Shown here piece after piece: positions 7,812 to 17,713 of a stretch of 64,000 nt of DNA. The DNA is from an uncultured bacterium (GTDB taxonomy: Bacteria; Babelota; Babeliae; Babelales; Vermiphilaceae), in contig OY968764.1 in assembly GCA_963695335.1 (NCBI GenBank), positions 736,001 through 800,000 of the forward strand, given 5' to 3'. Both the position numbers and the translations under genes were made by a program. Under the pieces are notes generated by a model. That model was not told the DNA's origin and did not search any database. It saw nothing but the letters and a program-made list of their open reading frames with translations. Every line of letters starts with the position of its first letter. Within the stretch, counting starts at the first letter, position 1.

Positions 7812-9299
7812 TTACAACTTTACTTCTTCAATATCTAGTATATCACCACTAATATAATTTTGTTTAAGATATGCAAGCGCTTCTGCGCGTGTTGTTACTA
7901 ATTTGGGAGTGTATGTTTGTGCGGTGTGTAACATGCTGATGAGTGAAATACAATCACGCAGCTGATTATCGTTTTGGAGCATCTCTTTTGCGCGATCATA
8001 GCGTTTACTACTTTTTTTCTTTGTTTCTGGAGCATGTACTTCTTTTTTTTCTTTGGCAAGCGGTATACCTTCTTTAGTAACTTTTATAAAGTTATCTAAT
8101 GTTTCTTCTCGGCCATAATTTTTAGTAAACCATTGTACCTGTTCTGTTGGTGGAGTGGTACGTTCAATCATAAAATCTGGTTCAATGCCAGTGCCCTGGA
8201 TGGTACTGTTATCAGGTAAAAAGTAAAGGCATGTGGTAATTTTGAGCGCGCAGTTGTTACTTATGGGTATAACTTCTTGCACCGATCCTTTTCCAAAAGT
8301 TTTTGTTCCTACTAAAAACACCAAATAATCATTGGTTGTATCAGAATTAATTTTCAAGCAACCAGCTAAAATTTCTCCTGCTGAAGCAGTGTAATTATTG
8401 ATGAGAATAAAAATAGGAAGTGTATTTTTTGCAACGGGATTTCTGCGTGTAGCATAGCGTTCAATTTCTTTGCCATGTTTATCTTTGGTCAGTGCAACAA
8501 GGCTGCCTTTTTTAAGAAAGAGCCCAGCAATATCAATTGCAGCATTGAGTAATCCTCCAGAATTATTGCGTAGGTCAAGAATAAGACCTTTAGCATGTTG
8601 TTCTTGTGATTTTTTAAGTAAAGCTTCAATCTGTTTGGTTGCAGCTTCAGTGAACATACTCAGAGAAATGTAAGCAATGTTGTGACTTTTAATATGAAAA
8701 CTCAGTGAGTGTTGTTCTTTAACAACATCGCGCACAATATCGAATGGAAGTAAATCAGGGCTATTTTCGCGCATTATTTTTACTTTGACCGTGGAATGGC
8801 GCTCCCCTTTGAGTTTGGAAACTATTTTTTCTGTTGAAAGCCCTTCAAGAATTTCACCATCAATTTCTACAATTTTATCCATCGGTTGAATGCCCACTTT
8901 ATCAGCTGGACCATCAGGAACAGTATCAACAATAGTCAGATGTTTATCTTTTGTCTTGCGCATATTATCAATGACAATGCCAACACCAAAAAATTCACCG
9001 GAAGTCATTTCGAGCATTTCATGATACGTCTTAGGGTCTAAAAAATTGGAATGAGCATCTAATGAATTAATAAAGCCATCAATGGCTTTGATCATATTTT
9101 CTTTGGGGTCTGTGATAGCGTAATGTTTTTTATGCGCAATATCCATTGCTTGTGCAAATGTGCGTGACCAATTAAAGATTGTTTCATCAAATGTTTCGTC
9201 TGATACTTGTGCGGATGTTTTGATATTTTTTGTTTCAGCAACTGGTGATGAAAAATAGCATGTTATAGCACAGAATAGTGCAAGTGATTTTTTTTTCAT
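7812..9299 (-). CDS. ctpA: S41 family carboxy-terminal processing protease
   Basis: PDZ (GVGIV), LDLRNNSGG, TASAGE and TFGKGSVQ motifs; start reassigned to MKKKSLA. Confidence 0.93.
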   Translation of the reverse strand: MKKKSLALFCAITCYFSSPVAETKNIKTSAQVSDETFDETIFNWSRTFAQAMDIAHKKHYAITDPKENMIKAIDGFINSLDAHSNFLDPKTYHEMLEMTSGEFFGVGIVIDNMRKTKDKHLTIVDTVPDGPADKVGIQPMDKIVEIDGEILEGLSTEKIVSKLKGERHSTVKVKIMRENSPDLLPFDIVRDVVKEQHSLSFHIKSHNIAYISLSMFTEAATKQIEALLKKSQEQHAKGLILDLRNNSGGLLNAAIDIAGLFLKKGSLVALTKDKHGKEIERYATRRNPVAKNTLPIFILINNYTASAGEILAGCLKINSDTTNDYLVFLVGTKTFGKGSVQEVIPISNNCALKITTCLYFLPDNSTIQGTGIEPDFMIERTTPPTEQVQWFTKNYGREETLDNFIKVTKEGIPLAKEKKEVHAPETKKKSSKRYDRAKEMLQNDNQLRDCISLISMLHTAQTYTPKLVTTRAEALAYLKQNYISGDILDIEEVKL

Positions 9300-9382
9300 T
9301 TTGTCCTCTTTTTGTTGATAGTAAACGTAAATATTGCAACGTAAGTCAATATATGACCAATATGATTGGAAAGGAGGTTTGT

Positions 9383-9664
9383 ATGATACGTATAAAGAAA
9401 ATAGTACTGAAAGTTTTATTGGTATGCGAGATGGCAGGATTTGGGCACATTTATTTTTTTGGTAGTAATGGTATTGCATCATTGCAAGCGCAAAAAAAAG
9501 TTGTTGAAGATTTAAAAAGCTATATTCTGGTCCTTGATACAGAAATTACGCAGTTGGAAAAAGAAATGTATGCGTGGCAACATGATGATTTTTATAAAGA
9601 AAAAGTTGCGCGTGAACAGCTGCAGATGGCACGCAAAGGTGATGAACTGTTTTATATAGGATAA
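9383..9664 (+). CDS. Septum formation initiator (FtsB/DivIC family)
   Basis: AAGGAGGT RBS; TM segment, FFGSNG, coiled coil, EKVAREQLQMARKGD. Confidence 0.82.
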   Translation: MIRIKKIVLKVLLVCEMAGFGHIYFFGSNGIASLQAQKKVVEDLKSYILVLDTEITQLEKEMYAWQHDDFYKEKVAREQLQMARKGDELFYIG

Positions 9665-9672
9665 GGAGTACT

Positions 9673-10290
9673 ATGAAATTTGTATTACCAGCTTTACCGT
9701 ATGATTATGATGCCCTCGAACCGTATATTGATGCACGCACCATGGAAATTCATCATAATAAGCATCATCAAGCATATATCAGTAATCTCATCGCAGCACT
9801 TGATACATGTCCTGAATTTCAACCAACATCAGTGGAAAGTTTATTAATTAATCTTACAAATGTATCAGATGATATTCGTACAGCAGTACGTAATAATGCA
9901 GGTGGCCATTACAACCATTCCCTTTTTTGGAAAATTATGAAAAAAGATGGTGGAGGTAAACCAGTTGGTTTAGTGGCGAGTGAAATTAATAAAGCATTTG
10001 GTAGCTTTCAAGAGTTTCAAGAACTGTTCAACGCACGCGCAAAAACGGTATTTGGCAGTGGATGGGCATGGCTTTCGGTTGATAAAGAGGGCAAGCTTGA
10101 GTTAACTGCACTACCCAATCAAGATTCTCCATTGATATACGGTGAAACGCCAATTATGGGCCTTGATGTGTGGGAACATGCATATTATCTTAAATATCAA
10201 AATAAGCGTCCGGACTATATTACTGCGTGGTGGCATGTGATTAATTGGGAGCAGATTGAAGAAAACTACTTGGCTGCTACTAAGTATTGA
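9673..10290 (+). CDS. sodA: Fe/Mn superoxide dismutase
   Basis: HHNKHH, NAGGHYNH, FGSGWAW and DVWEHAYY motifs. Confidence 0.96.
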   Translation: MKFVLPALPYDYDALEPYIDARTMEIHHNKHHQAYISNLIAALDTCPEFQPTSVESLLINLTNVSDDIRTAVRNNAGGHYNHSLFWKIMKKDGGGKPVGLVASEINKAFGSFQEFQELFNARAKTVFGSGWAWLSVDKEGKLELTALPNQDSPLIYGETPIMGLDVWEHAYYLKYQNKRPDYITAWWHVINWEQIEENYLAATKY

Positions 10291-10358
10291 TAAGTAGTAA
10301 AAAAATGTAGATATCCTATACTAATAAATAAAATTATCTCATCTTTAATTTTCTTGAT

Positions 10359-10392
10359 GGGTCCCCAATTGAAACGAAGTGAAAATTGGGGT
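10359..10392. repeat. GGGTCCCC-type palindromic repeat (family C); other copies at 1979-2013 and 28321-28354
   Basis: GGGTCCCCAATTGAAACGAAGTGAAAATTGGGGT. Confidence 0.7.
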
Positions 10393-10412
10393 AAATAGTA
10401 TAGGATATTTTT

Positions 10413-11900
10413 ATGGAATTACAAAATAGCTCGCCAGAGCTACTAGAAGAACAATATAAAGTTCGTGTTGAAAAAGTTGAAAAAATGCGCGCTATGGGCA
10501 TAGACCCATGGCCTCAATTTAAACCAGTCAATGCAATAAGCAAAGAAGTTGTAGGCGAATTTTTTGATGAAAAAGAGTCTCGCACATATGAGCTTGTTGG
10601 TCGTATTTTAACATCACGTATGCATGGTAAAGCAGGGTTTTTAACCATTCAAGATGTAGGCGGCAAAATACAATTATATCTGCGTGAAGATATGATTGGT
10701 GAGCAGCAATTTTCTTTTTTACAACATTTTATTGATCTTGGTGATATTATGTGGTGCAAAGGAAAATCGTTCCGTACCAAAACGGGTGAAATTACCATCA
10801 AAGCAGAAGAATTTACGTTGTTGAGTAAATGCTTGCACCCGCTTCCAGAAAAGTTCCATGGCATAGCTGATAGAGAAATTAAGTATCGTCAGCGTTATTT
10901 AGATTTAATTACTGATGCAGAAGATAGAGAACGTTTTATAAAGCGTTCTCATATTGTTTCATCAATGCGTTTGTTTTTTAAAGAGCATGGTTTCTTGGAA
11001 GTAGAAACACCAATGTTGCATCCAATTCCTGGTGGTGCAATTGCAAAACCATTTGTAACGCATCACAATGCATTGGGAATGGATTTATATTTACGTATTG
11101 CGCCAGAACTTTATTTAAAGCGTTTGGTGATTGGCGGATTTCCACGAGTGTATGAAATTAACCGTTGCTTTAGAAATGAAGGTTTATCAATTCGTCATAA
11201 TCCAGAATTCACCACCGTTGAATATTATATAGCGCATCATGATTATATTTTTATGATGGCATTAACAGAAAATTTGATTGAATATCTGGCGCGTGCAGTG
11301 TGCAAAACAACAGAAGTACAATTTGGTGATTATCAGATCAGTTTTGCAGCGCCATTTGCACGAATGACAATGCAAGAAGCGGTTGCAAAAGTTGTGGGTT
11401 GTAAGCCTGCAGATCTTGAAGGTGATAAGATTGATGCAGTTATTGCGCAGCATAAAATAAAACTTGAGCAAAAAAACCCATCATGGGGATACAAATTAAA
11501 TGCATTGTTTGAAGAGTTAGTGGAATCAACATTAATTCAACCAACATTTATTACGCAGTTCCCTGTTGAAGTTTCTCCACTCTCTAAACGTAATCCAGAT
11601 AATTATGACTTTGCAGACCGTTTTGAGTTGTATGTTGCGGGTATGGAATTAGCGAATGGATTTACTGAGTTGAATAATCCATTTGATCAGGCGGAACGTT
11701 TTCATGATCAGGCGCATGCGCGTGCAGCCGGTGAAGATGAAACGCATTTTTATGATGCAGATTTTGTCACCGCGCTTGAATATGGCATGCCGCCAACAGT
11801 TGGTTCTGGTATTGGTATTGATCGTTTGACTATGTTCTTGACCAATGCACCATCAATTCGTGATGTTATTTTGTTTCCAACATTGCGAGTAAAAGAGTAA
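10413..11900 (+). CDS. lysS: Lysine--tRNA ligase (class II)
   Basis: YRQRYLDL, LRIAPELYLKRL, FRNEG and GIGIDRL motifs. Confidence 0.98.
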   Translation: MELQNSSPELLEEQYKVRVEKVEKMRAMGIDPWPQFKPVNAISKEVVGEFFDEKESRTYELVGRILTSRMHGKAGFLTIQDVGGKIQLYLREDMIGEQQFSFLQHFIDLGDIMWCKGKSFRTKTGEITIKAEEFTLLSKCLHPLPEKFHGIADREIKYRQRYLDLITDAEDRERFIKRSHIVSSMRLFFKEHGFLEVETPMLHPIPGGAIAKPFVTHHNALGMDLYLRIAPELYLKRLVIGGFPRVYEINRCFRNEGLSIRHNPEFTTVEYYIAHHDYIFMMALTENLIEYLARAVCKTTEVQFGDYQISFAAPFARMTMQEAVAKVVGCKPADLEGDKIDAVIAQHKIKLEQKNPSWGYKLNALFEELVESTLIQPTFITQFPVEVSPLSKRNPDNYDFADRFELYVAGMELANGFTELNNPFDQAERFHDQAHARAAGEDETHFYDADFVTALEYGMPPTVGSGIGIDRLTMFLTNAPSIRDVILFPTLRVKE

Positions 11901-11925
11901 TATTTAGATTTTTGATTTTGATACT

Positions 11926-11960
11926 AAAAAAACCTCATGTTGTTGCATGAGGTTTTTTTT
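11926..11960. terminator. Rho-independent bidirectional terminator
   Basis: AAAAAAACCTCATG-TTGTTG-CATGAGGTTTTTTT. Confidence 0.8.
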
Positions 11961-11997
11961 AATTTACGTGATGAATCTATTGTATATTTGTTTTTCG

Positions 11998-12600
11998 TTA
12001 TAATTTTTCCAATTTAGCTGCTTTATGATCTGCTTTAAGATCGGCATATATTTGTAGGTAATTTATAGTTGCTTGACACTGCTGGAATGCTTGCTGATCA
12101 AAACCAACTTTTAAAGCTGTTTTTCTAGCTAGAGTTATAGGAGATATTCCATCTTTATTTTTTAGATTAAGTTCATGTTCATAAACATTTAAAAGTTGTA
12201 GCATATTAATATTACATTTTTCAGCTGCAAAATGAGCAGCGGTATCGCCAGTAAAGGTTTGTTCATCCGTAAGCAATGCAGAACCACAATATTTATTATC
12301 TTTTTCAAGAAGCACACTTGCTGATCTAATACAATTTTTATTATGATTAGAGCTTTTGTGTATTGTTGTGGGTGAATATAGGCTTTCTGCAGTGACATGC
12401 AACGCTGTTCTACCAAATTTATCTTTTGCATCTATTTCAGCATTAGTTTTAAGAAGTTTTTTTATTGTTGTAACATCTCCATTGCTTGCAGCTATATGTA
12501 AAGGGGTTTGCCCGAATGGTAATTCCTGTTCCGTTGCTAATGTTACAGCGCTAGTAGCGCCAAGAATGAGAGCTGAAAATAGCATTTGTTTTATAGTCAT
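11998..12600 (-). CDS. Secreted ankyrin-repeat protein
   Basis: Signal peptide; GQTPLHIAA, GRTALH and GDTAAHFAA repeats. Confidence 0.9.
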   Translation of the reverse strand: MTIKQMLFSALILGATSAVTLATEQELPFGQTPLHIAASNGDVTTIKKLLKTNAEIDAKDKFGRTALHVTAESLYSPTTIHKSSNHNKNCIRSASVLLEKDNKYCGSALLTDEQTFTGDTAAHFAAEKCNINMLQLLNVYEHELNLKNKDGISPITLARKTALKVGFDQQAFQQCQATINYLQIYADLKADHKAAKLEKL

Positions 12601-12798
12601 AATGTGTCCTTTTGAGTAATAATGGTTACTAATCTACTTCACTATTTAGTTTACCAAAACCATAAAAAATGTCAATTAGAAACGTTTGGGTTTAGAGGGG
12701 GGGGCTTTGAGCGATTAGATCGTGCTATTGATGGGGGGTAAGAAAAAACATAAAAACCCCATGTTTTGGCATGAGGTTTTTTGTTGTTTTTGCGTGAT

Positions 12799-13155
12799 TT
12801 ATCGCTGTTTTTTTAAATAATCAATTGCATCAAGGAATGGTGTTATTTGTTGTTGATCTAATCGACAATCAAGGTAAAAACCAAGCCCATATGGTGAATT
12901 ATACTTACTGGATGCGGCGGGTTTACCATTAATAAAATAACCTCGACCGTTATTATTATGGAATGTTACCATTTTATCTTGTTCTTCTTTTGGCCATGTT
13001 TTAAAATCCATGACAAAATCCGCAATAGGTTTGCTTAATTGTTCAACATAGGTTTGAAAAATTGTTTCTTTTAGATTTTCATTTTCCATTGCTAACGCAA
13101 TATTGTTCATAGCAACAAAGATAAGAGTAGAAAGTACTATTTGTTTAGTAGTCAT
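12799..13155 (-). CDS. Secreted hypothetical protein
   Basis: MTTKQIVLSTLIFVAMNNIALA-ME leader resembles that of 12600. Confidence 0.7.
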   Translation of the reverse strand: MTTKQIVLSTLIFVAMNNIALAMENENLKETIFQTYVEQLSKPIADFVMDFKTWPKEEQDKMVTFHNNNGRGYFINGKPAASSKYNSPYGLGFYLDCRLDQQQITPFLDAIDYLKKQR

Positions 13156-13273
13156 GAATTATCCTTTTTTCAGTGATTGATATTTTACGGGTAGTTTATC
13201 ATGTTTTTGTTGAGTGTATATCACTATTTTTAGGATATTGCGTTGGGAAGTCATTTTTAAGTATGGTGCATAA

Positions 13274-13375
13274 GAGCGCTCGAAGGTACCCTTCGACATG
13301 CTTCCTTCTACGCCACTCTTTCGCCAAGGCTACAAAGCGCAGGCAAGGCTACGGAGGACACGGCAGGGCGAGCGC
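13274..13375. repeat. Nested palindromic repeat (family A containing B containing B)
   Basis: CCCTTCGACATGCT|...|CAGGGCGAGCGC interrupted by two CGCCAAGGCTAC units. Confidence 0.8.
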
Positions 13376-13410
13376 AGAGGAACAAAACCAGTCTGTTGTA
13401 AAGGGGAATT

Positions 13411-15138
13411 ATGAAGCGCTTTAAAGTACATATATTTTGTGCAGTTGTAGCATGTGCATTTTTATTGATTGTGCGTGGAACACGCACGGTTGATTATGCA
13501 GAAATGTTTAGTAATTGGAAAAGTGCAGCAGTGAGTGCATTAAAGCAGCGTTACGATCAAACAAAAGCATTTGTAGGGCGAGAGTTAATTTCTCCCGTTA
13601 TTGCTAAAGTGATTAAAACTCAAGAAAAATCGATTATTGATAATCCGTATCAAGATACTATTGCAACAGTGCGTATCGGTAATAATTTGAACCCTGAAGA
13701 AAATGCGTACCGCATATATCGCGAACCAAAAGTAAAAGCTGCTTTAGAACGCTTATTGGGCAGATCATTAGATGGTAAAAAGATTCCCGTTATTTCTTTT
13801 GTGGGTAGTGGTGGTGGGTATCGTGCAATGTTATGTACAACCGGTTCTATGGTTGGCGCAGAAAAAATTGGTCTGTTGGATGTTACAACATATATTACTG
13901 CTTTATCAGGTTCCACATGGGCATTGGGGCCATGGATGATGACAGGGTGGTCATGGGCAGATTTTAGAATATATCTTGAGGGTATTGTTGTCAGAAATAT
14001 TTTTCAAATAGGTACTGATGTTGTACGCAATATTGCTGATGTGTGTGCAACAAAGCTTGCATTTGATCAATCTGTTACAACAGTTGATCTGTTTGGTGCG
14101 TTGCTTGCCAATAGATTATTAGATGGATTTGGTGAAGATAGACAATTGTTATACTTATCGCAGCAAACTCAACGTGTACAAGATGGTAACTGGCCGTATC
14201 CAATTTACACTGCAACAGATGGCAGTGAACAAGTTGTGCAAAATGCTCATTGGTATGAATTTACACCGCATGAAGTTGGATCCGCGGCATTTGGAGTGTA
14301 TGTTCCAACATGGGCGTATGGAAGAGCGTTTTATGGAGGTGGATCATTAGATTTTGCACCAGAGCAAACGTTAGGATTTATTTTAGGTACCTGTGGATCA
14401 GCGTATGCATTGCATATTGGTTTTGCGTGGGATGCATTAGTAGAAAATCTTTCCAATATGGTGTTAAAACAGTTGATGGATGAATATGTTATAGCACCGT
14501 TAAGAGGTAAACGTGTTTTCTGGGCTGAAGTTAATAACTTTATGAAAGGCATACCAAACATAGCAAATGCATATTCCAATCTACAAACACGTGACACATT
14601 AAAACTGGTTGATGCTGGACTTACCTTCAATTTACCATATCCACCCGTGAGTGGTGAACGCGCTGAACGTAAAGCTGATGTGCTGATTATGCTTGATGCT
14701 TCAGCGGGTATTATACCTGAGGAATTGAAAAAAGTTGAACAATATGCACGCAACCATAAACTTAAATTTCCCGTGATTGATTACACAGACTTGAATAAAA
14801 AAACGTTTGCAGTGTTTAAAAATGAAAAAGATGAAACTGTTCCAGTAGTTATATATATGCCACGTATAACTGATGCGCAATTGTGGCAAGAACATAAAAT
14901 AAAACCCGAAATGAGTGCATATAATAATCTTGAAGGTTTTAATTTGGAAACATGCACCAATGAAAGTGGTCAGGTGTGTAATACCTTAAATTTTGAATAT
15001 ACCGAAAAACAAGCGCAGCAGGTGATGAATCAGACGGAATTTAATATGGTGGCGAATAAAGATAACATTATTGAAGTTCTTAATTGGGTGATTGATCGTC
15101 AGGCGCCCAATGTTCCAGGAGCGCCACCTGCGGTATAA
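13411..15138 (+). CDS. Lysophospholipase / cPLA2-like phospholipase with N-terminal signal
   Basis: SGGGYRAM oxyanion motif, ALSGSTW nucleophile, PYPIY, WYEFTP and LVDAG Asp motif. Confidence 0.88.
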   Translation: MKRFKVHIFCAVVACAFLLIVRGTRTVDYAEMFSNWKSAAVSALKQRYDQTKAFVGRELISPVIAKVIKTQEKSIIDNPYQDTIATVRIGNNLNPEENAYRIYREPKVKAALERLLGRSLDGKKIPVISFVGSGGGYRAMLCTTGSMVGAEKIGLLDVTTYITALSGSTWALGPWMMTGWSWADFRIYLEGIVVRNIFQIGTDVVRNIADVCATKLAFDQSVTTVDLFGALLANRLLDGFGEDRQLLYLSQQTQRVQDGNWPYPIYTATDGSEQVVQNAHWYEFTPHEVGSAAFGVYVPTWAYGRAFYGGGSLDFAPEQTLGFILGTCGSAYALHIGFAWDALVENLSNMVLKQLMDEYVIAPLRGKRVFWAEVNNFMKGIPNIANAYSNLQTRDTLKLVDAGLTFNLPYPPVSGERAERKADVLIMLDASAGIIPEELKKVEQYARNHKLKFPVIDYTDLNKKTFAVFKNEKDETVPVVIYMPRITDAQLWQEHKIKPEMSAYNNLEGFNLETCTNESGQVCNTLNFEYTEKQAQQVMNQTEFNMVANKDNIIEVLNWVIDRQAPNVPGAPPAV

Positions 15139-15285
15139 TTACGTTGTATATATTTTACTGTTCGAATATATAAAGCCAGTCATTTGTAGGACTACCATAG
15201 CCATATTTATACTTATTATTGACTATATGAAAATGATTTGTGTAATCTGAAGATAGATATTAAAGTATAAAATAGGGGTTTTTGT

Positions 15286-16905
15286 ATGAAAATGATCAAA
15301 AGTAGGCTTTTTCTCGCATTTTTAGCTTTCAGCTTTGGGTATAATCTCCAAAGTATGGAACCTGAAAAAACGTTTCCTTTTGCCGATTTGCCACCAGAGA
15401 TGCAATATTATGTTGTAGCGCTCATGAGTGTCTCGAGTACTGCGAAATCGCTCCAAGAAGCTACTGATACAATAAGTGCACTTGCTGTAACCAATGAAAA
15501 TTTGAATGAGTTACTTAATGATCCTACAATTTGTCTTAAGATTATTAAAAATCTTGCAAAGCAGTTTGGATGCTCAGATCAAGAAGCAGCTGAAGCATTA
15601 GGAACGCAAGAAGCAAAAAGACGTTTAGATATTCAACAACAGTTTTTTGATCTGTGCGATCAAGATGTTGAACTTTTTACGCAAGCAGATTTTGATGATC
15701 TTTATGAGCTATATAAAAAATATGTAGATTTTAATTTCACTTATTATGTTGTTTTTCATCACGAAGGCTTTAATCCAGAAAAAATTGAAACAACTCTTTT
15801 AATGTTAGCAATAAGAGCAGAAAATTGTTCCCTCATTAAAATATTGCTTACACTTGGGGCAAATAGTAATCTGGCTAATGCTGACGGATATACACCATTA
15901 ATGGTTGCTGTTGATACTAACAATAAGGATATAGTCCAGTGTCTTTTAGAAAATTCTGAGCCTCATATTGATCTGCAAGATAGTGAAGGTAAGACGGCTC
16001 TTATGTTTGCGGTAATAAAAAATAACTGTTCTATTATCAAAAAGCTTCTTGAACGTGGAGCAGATATAAATAAGACTGATAATAGTGGAATGACAGCGTT
16101 AATGATCGCAGTTGGTCATGGACATACAGAAGCAGTTCAATGTCTTTTGCAAAATCCTTATATTGAAATAAATAAAAAAGATAAAACTGGATTGGTAGCG
16201 TTTATGTACGTGGTAGGAGCAAAACAAAACAGTTGTCCTATTCTTCAAATATTTTTGCGTCATGGAGTAGATATTAATCAAGTTGATGATGAGGGAATAA
16301 CAGTATTAATGCTGGCGATTATGGTTAATAAAATGGATCTGTTTGAATGTCTTGTGTATAATCGCAAGATTGCAATTGATCAAGCAGATAAAAAGGGAAT
16401 TACTCCTCTTATGTGGGCAGTAAGATACAACAATTGCCCTATGATTAAAATTCTTCTTGAGCGTGGAGCAGATGTTAATAAAGGTGACCTCGGCGGAATA
16501 ACAGCGTTAATGCTAGCGGCTTATGATGGTCATATAGAGACGGTTCAATGTCTTTTTGATAATTCTACTAATATTGCAATAAATCAACGAACTGAAGAAG
16601 GCTTGACAGCTCTTATGTTTGCAGCAAGAGGAAAAGCGCATAATGATTATATTATTAAAATGCTTCTTAATCATGGAGCAGATATTGACCAACAGGATGC
16701 AAAGGGATGGACTGCTCTGATGATAGCAATGAGTATGAAAAATAAGCCAATTATCAAATTTCTTCTTGATGCGGGCGCAAATCCAGAACTTGGAACTTAT
16801 GACGGCCTCACGCCTTTACAATTGGCAGAACAAACTGGTGATCAAGACATTATTGATCTTGTTGTGGATGCCATAAAAAAATGGGGTTTAAAAAAGAGTA
16901 TGTAA
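15286..16905 (-). other. Strand note only: no minus-strand feature is claimed here; see the + strand CDS entry
   Basis: The only antisense ORF (16099-16281) is a shadow ORF. Confidence 0.05.
15286..16905 (+). CDS. Secreted ankyrin-repeat protein with N-terminal F-box-like motif
   Basis: Signal peptide-SME, FADLPPEMQYYVV, about 11 GxTxLMxA ankyrin repeats. Confidence 0.9.
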   Translation: MKMIKSRLFLAFLAFSFGYNLQSMEPEKTFPFADLPPEMQYYVVALMSVSSTAKSLQEATDTISALAVTNENLNELLNDPTICLKIIKNLAKQFGCSDQEAAEALGTQEAKRRLDIQQQFFDLCDQDVELFTQADFDDLYELYKKYVDFNFTYYVVFHHEGFNPEKIETTLLMLAIRAENCSLIKILLTLGANSNLANADGYTPLMVAVDTNNKDIVQCLLENSEPHIDLQDSEGKTALMFAVIKNNCSIIKKLLERGADINKTDNSGMTALMIAVGHGHTEAVQCLLQNPYIEINKKDKTGLVAFMYVVGAKQNSCPILQIFLRHGVDINQVDDEGITVLMLAIMVNKMDLFECLVYNRKIAIDQADKKGITPLMWAVRYNNCPMIKILLERGADVNKGDLGGITALMLAAYDGHIETVQCLFDNSTNIAINQRTEEGLTALMFAARGKAHNDYIIKMLLNHGADIDQQDAKGWTALMIAMSMKNKPIIKFLLDAGANPELGTYDGLTPLQLAEQTGDQDIIDLVVDAIKKWGLKKSM

Positions 16906-16938
16906 TATTTTATCTATTCTTTTTAACTGTTGAAAATG

Positions 16939-16968
16939 AAAGCCGTTACGTTGTGTAACGGCTTTTTT
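16939..16968 (+). terminator. Rho-independent terminator
   Basis: AAAGCCGTTAC-GTTGT-GTAACGGCTTTTTT. Confidence 0.8.
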
Positions 16969-17058
16969 GTGTTTACGATTTTTTATATTCATATTATTGT
17001 GTTTATTGTGTTTTAAATGTTTTTACATGTCATGATTTTTTAATAAAAGGAAGATGAA

Positions 17059-17688
17059 GTGAAGAGATTGGTATTAGCTATTATTATGTGCGGTGGTTAT
17101 TTGTGTGGCATGGAAACTGAATCAAATTCTATTACGTACACCTATGGCAACACAAAAATTAATCTTGTGAGGGGTAAGATTGAAGATTTTGATGGCAAGG
17201 TAGCAGTGATCGTTGTTGGAGAAAATACGCTTTTAACATCATCTTTTTGGGATCGTAGTAAAAATATTGTAGTTTCCGGCGTAGAGCCGAACCTTTATAT
17301 GAGTTATGATGAAGATAATCGTAAAGATGTTCTTTGTTATCACAGATATTTGCAAGCTTCTTCTGATGGTAATGTTCGTCTTCATAAATTTTATCAAGGA
17401 AAAGCAGCAATAGATCGTGCTGAAAAAGATTTATATAAAGCATACCAGAATGCTTTAATCTTGGGGAATTTACGAAGGTTAAAAAAGAACAACCCAAATA
17501 AAACTATAGCAATGCCTCTTTTAAGTTCAGTCTGTTTTCCAAGAGATAAAGCAGTACAATGTGCTGTATCAGTAATTATTGATAGAATTACAAAGTATCC
17601 TGGTGATTATGATATTATGCATCTTGTGGCGAATAGCGACTCTGATATTGATGAGTGCAAAAAATTGCTTGCGGGATATATACGTTAA
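17059..17688 (+). CDS. Secreted macro-domain-like protein (degenerate)
   Basis: Signal-GME; TKINLVRGKI, LYKAYQNAL and TIAMPLLSS..FPRDKA resemble macro-domain elements. Confidence 0.6.
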   Translation: MKRLVLAIIMCGGYLCGMETESNSITYTYGNTKINLVRGKIEDFDGKVAVIVVGENTLLTSSFWDRSKNIVVSGVEPNLYMSYDEDNRKDVLCYHRYLQASSDGNVRLHKFYQGKAAIDRAEKDLYKAYQNALILGNLRRLKKNNPNKTIAMPLLSSVCFPRDKAVQCAVSVIIDRITKYPGDYDIMHLVANSDSDIDECKKLLAGYIR

Positions 17689-17713
17689 ATAAAAATTATT
17701 GAGGAGTTTTTTA

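Noticed and set aside
9300..9482. N-terminal extension of ctpA in the ORF track
   Set aside because: Overlaps the divergent ftsB-like gene; the signal peptide and RBS fit a start at 9299.
12690..12740. G-rich tract (also 25260-25295) as G-quadruplex or phase-variation site
   Set aside because: G runs are irregular and intergenic with no supporting context; I cannot support a function.
13173..13424. 83-aa ORF
   Set aside because: Largely a translation of the nested repeat; likely spurious.
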